Below, one piece after another: positions 1-7,724 of a stretch of DNA of 32,000 bases; position 1 is the stretch's first letter, and each line of letters opens with the position of its first letter. The DNA is taken from NCBI GenBank assembly GCA_025839675.1, contig CP104013.1, positions 450,001 through 482,000 on the forward strand. Direction: 5' to 3'. Source of the stretch: Candidatus Lokiarchaeum ossiferum. Lineage in GTDB: Archaea; Asgardarchaeota; Lokiarchaeia; Sigyniarchaeales; Promethearchaeaceae. The notes beneath the pieces are model-generated. The model was not told the DNA's origin. It did not search any database and was given only the letters and a program-made list of their open reading frames with translations. The position numbers were made by a program, and so were the translations under genes.

Positions 1-45
1 CTAAGTTTTCAAATTTAATTAAACTCAAGAAGGTCACTGTTCTCT

Positions 46-888
46 ATGAAACATATTTGGATTATCAATAAATTTTCATCTACAAATTTACTTTATCGGA
101 ATTATTCTGATTTTAGTATCGATCCTGATTTGGTTAGTGGTTTATTGACTGCCTTAAACTCCTTTTCAGAAGTTGAACTTAAAGCTCATGGAATTTCCTC
201 GATACATATGGGTGGTTTAAAGTGGGTATATTCAGATCAAAAAGAAATGCATCTAATGCTGATTGCTGCAGATAAAATTGAAGCTCAAACTGAAGTCCTT
301 CGGGCTCGTTTAGAGGTAATCTTCAAAATGTTCATTGAGAAATATGGAATTATCCCTGAACAAATGGAAAAAACCTTAATTGATTCGGTCCGCTTTGATG
401 ATTTTGCCGAAGAATTGGATTTATTAAAAGCCCAATGGATACAAGCAGAAGAAATAATCACAGGGGGAGCCGCAAAAATATTTGATCTTTTAGGCGTTTT
501 TCAGCAGATCTACTCGGCTTTCAATAATATTATTCGACTTAACTTTTTCCAAGCAGATTACGATAATACGGTTATCGAAATAAAAATGATATTGGAAAAT
601 ATGAAGGGAACCCCAGAATTCAAAAAATATCCCGAATTGTCAAAAATTAAATTTGATAAATATGGATGGGATGTAATTAACTTAAACCCAACGAATTTGG
701 ATGAAAAAGTTCTGGCACGAATCTTAATTATGTTAACCCTCCATTTAAACAATATTCTTACAACGAAATTAAGTAGATCGTCAAAATATAATGCGTATTC
801 CAAAGAAATCTTTCCATTATTGCTTGAAAAATATGATCTACTCGTTTCATTGGATATTTTGCATACTTTAATGCGAGTTTTTTTGTAG
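46..888 (+). CDS. Hypothetical protein with an N-terminal longin/roadblock (TRAPP Bet5/sedlin-like) alpha/beta regulatory domain and a helical C-terminal half
   Basis: 280-aa ORF on the same strand as, and just upstream of, cheW-cheA. The N-terminal ~100 aa (IWIINKFSS..LLY...DPDLVSGLLTALNSFSEVEL...GISSIHMGGLKWVY....MHLMLIA) follow the hydrophobic periodicity and D..L.SG.L.AL..FS motif I associate with longin/TRAPP-type domains. The rest is predicted helical. The fold assignment is by eye only. Confidence 0.55.
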   Translation: MKHIWIINKFSSTNLLYRNYSDFSIDPDLVSGLLTALNSFSEVELKAHGISSIHMGGLKWVYSDQKEMHLMLIAADKIEAQTEVLRARLEVIFKMFIEKYGIIPEQMEKTLIDSVRFDDFAEELDLLKAQWIQAEEIITGGAAKIFDLLGVFQQIYSAFNNIIRLNFFQADYDNTVIEIKMILENMKGTPEFKKYPELSKIKFDKYGWDVINLNPTNLDEKVLARILIMLTLHLNNILTTKLSRSSKYNAYSKEIFPLLLEKYDLLVSLDILHTLMRVFL

Positions 889-1040
889 AACGAAGATTCA
901 AAATAAAAAATTCTGAAATTTCATGATTTGGTTTCCCAAACTAGTTTTTTTTTTTGAAAATTTCATGCAAATTTTATGGATTTTTCATGAATTTTTTTTT
1001 AACACTAAGGGATAAATTCCTTTTTGTGCAAAAATCACAT

Positions 1041-1772
1041 ATGAGTAGCATGCTAGATGGTTCCATAAAACTAGTAATATTCGAATTGGCATCGGAAGAA
1101 TTTGGAGTAGATATCCACAAAATTAATTCTACGGTCAGAATGCAAGAAATTATCAAAGTACCCAATGCAAATGCGTTTATTGAAGGTATTTTAGATTTTA
1201 GAGGTACACCTTTGCTCGTCATAGATCTTCGTAAGAAATTTGGACTGTCAACTGAGGCTAAAAACATAGAAAATATGCGAATTTTGATCATTGAGTTTCA
1301 ACCGCATAAAATCGGTTTTATAGTAAATGCAGTTACTGAGGTTAAACAAATCCCCTTTAATACCATAGAACCCGTTCCATCAAATATTTTAACTGATGAA
1401 CTAGAAGAAAAGTATTTGCTAGGGATAAGCAATTTAGAAAAAGGCGAGCGATTAATTTTAATGCTAGATCTAGCGAATATGTTTTCACCGCCAGAAATTG
1501 ATGAACTCAGTCGTCTACTCAATGATCAAGAGTTTTTGCAAAATTGTCTAAGAACTGGATTAGAAGAAATGAAAATCTATGATGAACAAACCGCCTCCAC
1601 ATTTGATCAAGAACATCGTAAAAAAATTGAATCTAAAATAGAATCAAATGATTCGAACAAAATAATTGAAGATAATATCTCAACTGAACGCAAAATTGTA
1701 CAAAAATTGGCAGTGAAAGAAATAGAAGACGAATTACAATTATCTATTAACTATAGCGACGAAGAAGAATAA
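1041..1772 (+). CDS. cheW: CheW-like chemotaxis coupling protein with an acidic C-terminal extension of about 100 aa
   Basis: Canonical CheW core: KLVIFELASEEFGVDIHKINSTVRMQEIIKVPNANAFIEGILDFRGTPLLVIDLRKKFGL....ILIIEF.....GFIVNAVTEV. The track ORF begins at a TTG at 954. I prefer the ATG at 1041 because it places the CheW core at the usual distance from the N-terminus. The C-terminal ~100 aa are E/D/K-rich low complexity. Confidence 0.85.
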   Translation: MSSMLDGSIKLVIFELASEEFGVDIHKINSTVRMQEIIKVPNANAFIEGILDFRGTPLLVIDLRKKFGLSTEAKNIENMRILIIEFQPHKIGFIVNAVTEVKQIPFNTIEPVPSNILTDELEEKYLLGISNLEKGERLILMLDLANMFSPPEIDELSRLLNDQEFLQNCLRTGLEEMKIYDEQTASTFDQEHRKKIESKIESNDSNKIIEDNISTERKIVQKLAVKEIEDELQLSINYSDEEE

Positions 1773-1790
1773 GACAATGAGGTACCTGAA

Positions 1791-3419
1791 ATGAGTAATA
1801 TAACTGATAATGGTGAAAATTCGGAAGACATAGTCGATGTTCTTCAATATCAAGAAGAATTAGAATTAGATGATGAAGAAATTGAAGAGATAACACATAA
1901 TCAAGAACAAAATAAAACGGTTTTATACATAACAATAACATTACAACCCGAAACCGAATTGAAATATACACGCGCATATCTATGTTTAAAAAAAGTTCGA
2001 GAATTTGGAAAAATATTTAAAACTGTTCCCAATGAAGCAAATTTAAAAGAAGAAAATTTCGATCGTAGTTTCAGAGCAATACTAATTTCTCAAGAAATAA
2101 TAGATATTCTCCCTCTAAAACAAAATCTTGGGAGTATTGCCGCAGTTGATTCAGTCGAGATCGTAGTATTCAACATGCGAGAATTATCTGAAAATTTAGA
2201 TGCGAATTCTCAAGAATCTAAAGGTAAAAAAAATAATATTATGGCTGTCCAAAATGTTAAGGTCTCGATCAAGCATTTAGATAATCTAATGAATTTAACT
2301 GGAGAATTATTAATCACCAAGATTCGTCTAGATAAGATTGCTCAACAAAGACATGTCAACGAATTGAATGAAACTTTAAACTTGATTAATCGTATAACCT
2401 TTGATTTACAAGATGAAGTACTTCAAATGCGAATGATTCCTGTATCTCATATTTTTGATCGCTTTCCAAGGATGGTACGAGACTTAACAAAATCCTTAGG
2501 AAAATTAATTGACTTTTCAATGGAAGGAAGAGAAATAGAATTAGATAGAACAATTATAGATGAAATCGGAGATCCTATTGTCCATCTACTTCGAAACAGT
2601 GTAGATCATGGAATTGAAAAACCAGATATAAGAATAACCAAGGGGAAGAATCGAATTGCTTCATTAAAATTACGCGCTTACCGAGAACGAAATTTTGTAA
2701 TTATTGAGATTGCAGATGATGGTAAAGGGATAGATTTTGATAAAATTAAACAAAAAGCATTAAAAAGAAATTTGATTACATCAGAAGAAGCTGATCAAAT
2801 GACAGATTACGACCTTAAACGGTTGTTACTAGGAGGAGGGATCAGTACAGCAGATAAAATATCGGAAATCTCAGGTAGAGGAGTTGGATTAGGTGTTGTG
2901 AAACAAAAAATTGAATCAATAGGCGGAATAATTGATGTTGATTCAAAATTAGAGAAAGGGACCAGGTTTTTATTAAAACTACCTCTTACTGTTGCCATCA
3001 TTAAATCACTTCTTGTAAGTTTGGGTTCCGGGAGAGATATGGAAATTTATGCAATTCCTATTAATAATGTGGTTCGTACAATCGTAATTCATGAGAGCGA
3101 GATTCGTACGATTAAAAATAAGGAAGTAATTACAATTATGGGAAAAATTGTCTCAATTGTAAGATTACGAAAGTTAGTTTCATATGAAGATAAATCCAAT
3201 GAAGATCAAACACTCAAAAATGTTAAAATGAAAACAATAATCGTCATTGAACGTAATGGGATGGAAGTCGGATTAATGGTAGATTCTTTGATTGGTCAAC
3301 AAGAAATTGTTATTAAAAGCTTAGGAGGTTTGTTAAAAGCAATCAATGGGGTTTCAGGAGGAGCTATCCTCGGAGATGGGAAGGTAGCATTGATTATTGA
3401 TGTAGGTTCCCTTTTTTAA
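1791..3419 (+). CDS. cheA: CheA-type chemotaxis histidine kinase (P2-like, P3 dimerisation, P4 HATPase and P5 CheW-like domains); no recognisable P1/Hpt domain
   Basis: Dimerisation helix VKVSIKHLDNLMNLTGELLITKIRL. N-box HLLRNSVDHGIE. G1 DDGKGID. G2 SGRGVGLGVV. C-terminal CheW-like domain (YAIPINNVVRTI...GLMVDSLIGQQEIVIKSL...ILGDGKVALIIDV). GAGGT ribosome-binding motif 8 nt upstream of the ATG. The gene starts 18 nt after the cheW stop. Confidence 0.9.
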   Translation: MSNITDNGENSEDIVDVLQYQEELELDDEEIEEITHNQEQNKTVLYITITLQPETELKYTRAYLCLKKVREFGKIFKTVPNEANLKEENFDRSFRAILISQEIIDILPLKQNLGSIAAVDSVEIVVFNMRELSENLDANSQESKGKKNNIMAVQNVKVSIKHLDNLMNLTGELLITKIRLDKIAQQRHVNELNETLNLINRITFDLQDEVLQMRMIPVSHIFDRFPRMVRDLTKSLGKLIDFSMEGREIELDRTIIDEIGDPIVHLLRNSVDHGIEKPDIRITKGKNRIASLKLRAYRERNFVIIEIADDGKGIDFDKIKQKALKRNLITSEEADQMTDYDLKRLLLGGGISTADKISEISGRGVGLGVVKQKIESIGGIIDVDSKLEKGTRFLLKLPLTVAIIKSLLVSLGSGRDMEIYAIPINNVVRTIVIHESEIRTIKNKEVITIMGKIVSIVRLRKLVSYEDKSNEDQTLKNVKMKTIIVIERNGMEVGLMVDSLIGQQEIVIKSLGGLLKAINGVSGGAILGDGKVALIIDVGSLF

Positions 3420-3610
3420 TACAATATTAATGGGTGATTGGAACAGCAACGACTCTTTTCGAAAGCGAGATAAATTCTGAACTTTATTTGACTAATGAAA
3501 TGCTTTTTATTACTGAAACATCAAAAAATTAAAAAAAAAAGTCGAATTAAAAAAAGAAGTAATTTTTTATCATACTTTTCAAAAAGAAATCTTTTCTATG
3601 TTGTTTTTTT

Positions 3611-3874
3611 CTAATTGTTTTGTTGAAGATAAGTAAGCACTTTTTTATCCCAAGTATCTAGAGATGTTCCAGATAATTTGCTTCCATTTGGCATCATATT
3701 TACAGGGACTAATGCCATCCCTAATTTTGCTTTAATTTTTTTCCTTACGCATTTTTCTTGTTCTGGACCTTTACAAAATTTCCGAACAAAACCTTTAAGA
3801 GCTAAACGACGTTTTTCATCTCTTTCAAATTCCTTGAAAAAGGCACATGATTTTAAACTTGGACATTCTGACAT
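3611..3874 (-). CDS. Small basic four-cysteine protein (hypothetical)
   Basis: 87-aa ORF with the motif CPSLKSCAFF...FCKGPEQEKCVRK...VPVNMMPN. The composition looks protein-like, whereas the overlapping + strand ORF 3678..3905 is F/L/S-rich and looks spurious. Confidence 0.5.
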   Translation of the reverse strand: MSECPSLKSCAFFKEFERDEKRRLALKGFVRKFCKGPEQEKCVRKKIKAKLGMALVPVNMMPNGSKLSGTSLDTWDKKVLTYLQQNN

Positions 3875-4100
3875 TTTTAATTGTGATGATTTAAAAATGT
3901 CATGAATATATATTCACGGTTTTAGAAATTTTCTATACTCTTTCTCACCAAAAAACTAATAATCAATTCAAGGTTCAAAAAATTTCATGAATAGAATTAA
4001 CATCAAAAAAAAAGAAATGGGCTACTGATGATTCTAATAGGGTACCAACCTTTTTCTGTCATGACTACCAATTTTTATTCCCTAAAGGTGTGAAAAAAAA

Positions 4101-5378
4101 ATGATCTATTGTCCAAATTGTGGGGAAGAACTCGTCGATGAAGCCGTTTTTTGTGCAGAATGTGGCACAAAGATCGATTTACGACATCCTTCAGATATAA
4201 AACCCAAAACCCAAAAAAGAACTCAAAAAACCCCCCCTCATCGAAAACCTACCCCTGCTTATTCAAGTGTCCAAATGAATAAGAAGGCGAGGTCTCCAAA
4301 TCAAACCAAAACTGCAGGTAAAATTGGCATTGCTATAATCGTAGGAATTATGGTGATCAGTGGATTATCTTATGGTTTTTCATTTATTGGTCCAAAAACT
4401 ACCCTTCAAGACACAGTTACATATCAAGATCAAGATCCAATTCTTAGTGCCCAAACAATGATTCCAGTGAGAATGGATATCACATCCGCAGATGTGAAAT
4501 TCCAATATAATTCAACAATCATGAATAATAGTATTAAAATTCAAGCAAACTATGATCTATTGGGCAGGTTCAAAGAAGTTGAAGATGTGAATCAGATCTT
4601 AGATATTAATTTTTCAACCCTTAACGAGGAAATCAATTTTGAAGTTAAGTTTAAAGATGATAATAATGATTTTTCAGATAGAACTTCCATCAATATAACT
4701 TTAAGAACCGATTTAGAATATTATTTGGATATTGAACTTTATTCCGGAGATCTTATTATTGAGACGGGTGAAGATTGCGTCATTAACAGAATGGAGGTGC
4801 AATTGACTTCAGGGGATGCTCAAGTTATCATCACACCAAACAGTTACGTTAGATCTGCAATAAATATTAACTCTTTGTATGGAAATATTGATTTTACAGC
4901 AGAAAAAACAATTTTCAATTCTTCCTTATCTTTAACTGTTACTTCAGGAACCATTTCCAGCGATATTTCACAGTCGCATTTTCGGGGAATAATTGATTTT
5001 CAAATGACTACAGGTCAAATGAATTTAATCCAAAGTGAGATAACTTGTGAAAAATCTTTGATCTGGAATATGCAAGGCACATCTGGTGACATTTATTTAG
5101 ATCTAGAGCAGCATATTTCACCTTTAGCAAATATGTCAATTCAAGTTGAACTAATTAGCGGGGATATAGATGTAAATTATTTAGGAAATGCATCTGTAGT
5201 CAGAGCAATTGTTAATTCTTCCACTTCAACGGGAGAAATTAACTATCAAGCCGCTACTGGATTTAATGAATCAGATGGCCAATTATATTCAACAAATGTG
5301 GATATCTTAGTTGGATTTAATCTAGATCTATCAACTATAAGTGGAAAAATAGATTTTATTGGATCTAGTTTAAAATAA
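4101..5378 (+). CDS. Membrane-anchored protein: N-terminal zinc ribbon, disordered basic linker, one TM helix, and an extracytoplasmic beta-helix-like repeat domain (DUF4097/putative-adhesin style)
   Basis: N-terminus CPNCGEELVDEAVFCAECG (CxxC-x13-CxxC). TM segment IGIAIIVGIMVISGLSYGF. At least 8 degenerate repeats carry a (T/I)SG(D/T/K)I core (SGDLIIET, TSGDAQVII, TSGTISSDI, TTGQMNLI, TSGDIYLDL, ISGDIDVNY, STGEINYQ, ISGKIDFIG). AGGTG ribosome-binding motif upstream of the ATG. Confidence 0.75.
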   Translation: MIYCPNCGEELVDEAVFCAECGTKIDLRHPSDIKPKTQKRTQKTPPHRKPTPAYSSVQMNKKARSPNQTKTAGKIGIAIIVGIMVISGLSYGFSFIGPKTTLQDTVTYQDQDPILSAQTMIPVRMDITSADVKFQYNSTIMNNSIKIQANYDLLGRFKEVEDVNQILDINFSTLNEEINFEVKFKDDNNDFSDRTSINITLRTDLEYYLDIELYSGDLIIETGEDCVINRMEVQLTSGDAQVIITPNSYVRSAININSLYGNIDFTAEKTIFNSSLSLTVTSGTISSDISQSHFRGIIDFQMTTGQMNLIQSEITCEKSLIWNMQGTSGDIYLDLEQHISPLANMSIQVELISGDIDVNYLGNASVVRAIVNSSTSTGEINYQAATGFNESDGQLYSTNVDILVGFNLDLSTISGKIDFIGSSLK

Positions 5379-5384
5379 GTACAC

Positions 5385-5392
5385 TTTTTTTT
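5385..5392 (+). terminator. Oligo-T (T8) tract 7 nt after the stop of the 4101..5378 gene
   Basis: T8 run seen directly in the sequence. Archaeal RNA polymerase terminates at oligo-T tracts. Confidence 0.4.
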
Positions 5393-5690
5393 GCCAACTG
5401 AGTTATAGCATGTAATCCCACGACTTTTTGACTCCTACGGACCACAAACCAACGAATTGACATGACCGTTCATAGTCAATATTCCATGGAAACCTTTGAT
5501 AGAAGGATAGTCAATTGTCGTTCCGACAATCAACTTAGGATAGTCAAGATTGTGGAACCCTATGGACTGATAGGATAGTTAACATATTAAACTTTCAGAT
5601 AGTCAGGGGTCCGGCAAAAAGGAGTAAAAAATGCGCTCAAAATACGCTACGAATCAGTTAGGTTAAAGAAGCGAGATTAATTTTTTGATA
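5393..5690 (+). ncRNA. Candidate structured non-coding RNA of unknown family (boundaries approximate)
   Basis: The island is richer in G+C than its flanks and has no ORF. A TATA-like TTTAAAATAA sits at 5369-5378, about 25 nt upstream. Three T6-T8 runs follow at 5681-5709. The ends can pair (5394-5409 with 5646-5662, 14 bp with one bulge and two mismatches). Internal hairpins are 5456-5480, 5514-5530 (ATTGTCG-TTC-CGACAAT) and 5559-5574 (CCTAT-GGACTG-ATAGG). Transcription is not demonstrated. Confidence 0.3.
5472..5606 (+). repeat. Five phased direct copies of the (G)GATAGTCA(A) motif
   Basis: ATAGT(C/T)A cores start at 5472, 5507, 5540, 5575 and 5599, giving spacings of 35, 33, 35 and 24 nt. 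Copies 2 and 3 are GGATAGTCAA, copy 4 is GGATAGTTAA, copy 1 is CATAGTCAA and copy 5 is AGATAGTCAG. Confidence 0.85.
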
Positions 5691-6027
5691 TTTTTTGAGG
5701 ATTTTTTTTAATTTATGGTTTTCTCCTAATTGTTAGTTTGTTAATAATACGTATCGGAATCTTTTCATTATTCCATCCCTAAAATTGGAAAGTTTCTAAT
5801 ATGATTATCTCAGTTTTCTGAATGAAATGGCGCTTATTTCTTATTTCAAAACTCCTAAATTATGAAAAAAAGAAAATATGACCAAATGCTTTTAGGATCA
5901 AAAAAAAAAAAATAGAAGTAGCTCAAAAAAAATTGGACAAATTCTAAAAAAAATCTAGCGAAATAAGCAATATTCTCGGCACAAATTATATATAGGCTCG
6001 GAACCATGACTAAATCAAGCATTTACA

Positions 6028-6279
6028 GTGGAATCAAAAATGAAAATTGCCATTAACTACCGTGAAGAAATTGAAACCAATATCCGTGAAGATATAGAAT
6101 TTGTTCGAGATGAATTTGAATGTCTTTTCGGTCAAAAAAATAAATATACTCTCCAAGATAAAAATATTGCTATAGGATTACTAAATCACTTGTCCAAATT
6201 AATAGAAACCCCTATATGCTTAGATTTTCTATCTCGCACCCTTGAAGATTTAGAACTAAACTATCCAACCTTATTTTAA
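6028..6279 (+). CDS. Hypothetical small acidic protein
   Basis: 83-aa ORF from a GTG at 6028 (alternative ATG at 6040, MKIAINY...). I recognise no motif. The composition is plausible for a helical protein. Confidence 0.4.
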   Translation: MESKMKIAINYREEIETNIREDIEFVRDEFECLFGQKNKYTLQDKNIAIGLLNHLSKLIETPICLDFLSRTLEDLELNYPTLF

Positions 6280-6392
6280 ACCGACTTGATCTTCAATTTA
6301 TTCCTTTATTCTCGCTTATTTTCAAGAAGAATGAGCATCATTATAACGATCAGAATTAAGTTAGAACGGAAACAAAAAAAAACATTTTAACT

Positions 6393-7514
6393 TCAAGAAT
6401 TTAACATTTCGTCTGATACACCTTCATCATAATATCGCTTGCGTGTCATCCAACTTTGCTGAAATTCGGGAATTACAGACAAAATAGATCCACCAACCCA
6501 ATTTGAAAGTGTTCTCCCCTTTGGAGCAATCACCCTAATCATTTGAGCAACTTTTCCCATCTTATTTAATTCTGTCTCAATCTCTTGTTTCAATTTTACT
6601 TCAAAGAGAGGAAACTTAGATGAACCTCCTGTGATAAAAATATTTTGTAACAGTTCTCTACGAATATCCACATCACAAGACTGAGCAACATTCACTATGG
6701 CTTGAGGAAGACTCTCACATTCAATATTATGTAAGGAAGGATCAAACAACAATTCAGGTACAATAAAACGTTCACTCCCAATAGTAATCGTAGAAGAATC
6801 GGGAAGAACAAAATCTTTTTGAAAATTAGCATGATTCTTTAAATCATTGTCAAAATCTAAAGAACAGAAACAAGCACGTTCTTTTAGAACTCGAATTAAA
6901 TTTTTTTGCACAGAACTATCAACCGGGATCCCAAGTTCATGAACTTTTTTTGACATAAAGGAGTCCAACACATTTCCCCCCAAGGGAAGAAATTTAACTG
7001 CGTGTTGTAAAACATATGATTTGTAGATTGGAGTAATTCGAATATTTGAAGAACCCATATCAACCACAAGCCCAGTATCAAATCCACCAGAATACATAGT
7101 AAGCAAGGCCCCACGAACAGGATAATATCCCGCTACATTTATCTTCTCAAGAAATATTTCAAAGAGTTTCCTTTTGGACTCAATAGACATAAAAGGGTTT
7201 GTAGTGAACATTACTTTACATAAAGTAGGATCAACATGTAATAAATAAAATATATAATCTAAGATGGAAAGAAATTGATCCCAGTCTTCTATTTCCCCCC
7301 CTTTACCAATAGGAGAACTTACTTTGTAGAGTCCCAAGGAATCGATGATTTCGTTACCAATGAAAAGTTGTTTCTTTTGGTCGAATCCAATAGTTTTATA
7401 CTTAGGGGATCCTGTTATGGTAAAAAAAGAATAACGTGGCTCATTTTCTCCCCCAAAACCAATTTTGGTTGAAAATTGGCCCATGTCTATAATTACACTA
7501 TAAAAATTTTCCAT
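6393..7514 (-). CDS. Eukaryote-like actin-family protein (divergent Asgard actin or Arp-like paralogue)
   Basis: 373 aa that can be aligned by eye with actin along the whole length. [18 protein letters not shown] matches [38 protein letters not shown] matches [34 protein letters not shown] matches [26 protein letters not shown] matches [39 protein letters not shown] matches [27 protein letters not shown]. Confidence 0.9.
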   Translation of the reverse strand: [373 protein letters not shown]

Positions 7515-7724
7515 CTAAAAAATCCTACCCTCTTTCCATTTCATATCAATATAATATATATTGAAGATATTATAAATATCAACTTTACATAATAGATTGA
7601 CATAGAATAAATTAAAGATTTGGGTAATATCTCAGTTGAAATCGGAATAGGTTATTGGGGCATTCAGATGTATAACAAAATAAGATTAACTTTCAAAAAA
7701 ATAATTTAAGAAAAATATGGACCC

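Noticed and set aside
954-1040. TTG start at 954 for cheW, as given in the ORF track.
   Set aside because: The extra 29 aa (KISCKFYGFFMNFFLTLRDKFLFVQKSH) are F-rich and arise from a T-rich intergenic tract. The CheW core begins right after the ATG at 1041.
558-3001. Minus-strand ORFs 558..803, 974..1291, 1298..1522, 1747..1977 and 2807..3001.
   Set aside because: All are fully embedded antisense to the longin-like, cheW and cheA genes. Their composition is hydrophobic or low complexity, as expected of shadow ORFs in AT-rich DNA.
4020-4075. CTGATGA (a C-box-like motif) upstream of the 4101 gene, suggesting a C/D-box sRNA.
   Set aside because: There is no matching D box (CUGA) at the appropriate 3' distance, no C'/D' pair and no terminal stem. 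This is most likely chance in the 5' UTR or promoter.
5481-5494. ATTCCATGGAAACC resembles the archaeal origin recognition box core (TTCCAnTGGAAAC), and an A-rich stretch lies downstream, which could suggest a replication origin.
   Set aside because: There is only one good copy, and the second (TGTGGAACCC at 5551-5560) is poor. There are no inverted ORB pairs flanking the AT-rich segment and no orc1/cdc6 gene in the window. I kept it only as an alternative reading within the main finding.
5472-5606. Regularly spaced direct repeats that might be a CRISPR array.
   Set aside because: The repeat core is only 8-10 nt with spacers of about 24 nt, far below CRISPR repeat length (24-48 nt). There are only five copies and no cas genes in the window.
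5393-5690. Possible SRP (7S) RNA. The segment UGUAAUCCCA at 5411-5420 is identical to the Alu-domain U-turn region of human 7SL RNA. GGUCCGGCAAAAAGGAG at 5606-5622 loosely recalls the helix-8 GGUCC-GGAA-GGAAGCAG.
   Set aside because: I could not build helices 3 and 4 around the UGUAAU. The helix-8 analogue has an 8-nt loop instead of a GNAR tetraloop and lacks the conserved AGCA. Overall G+C (about 40%) is low for an SRP RNA. A 10-mer match can occur by chance in 64 kb of two-strand sequence. A cmscan run is still worthwhile.
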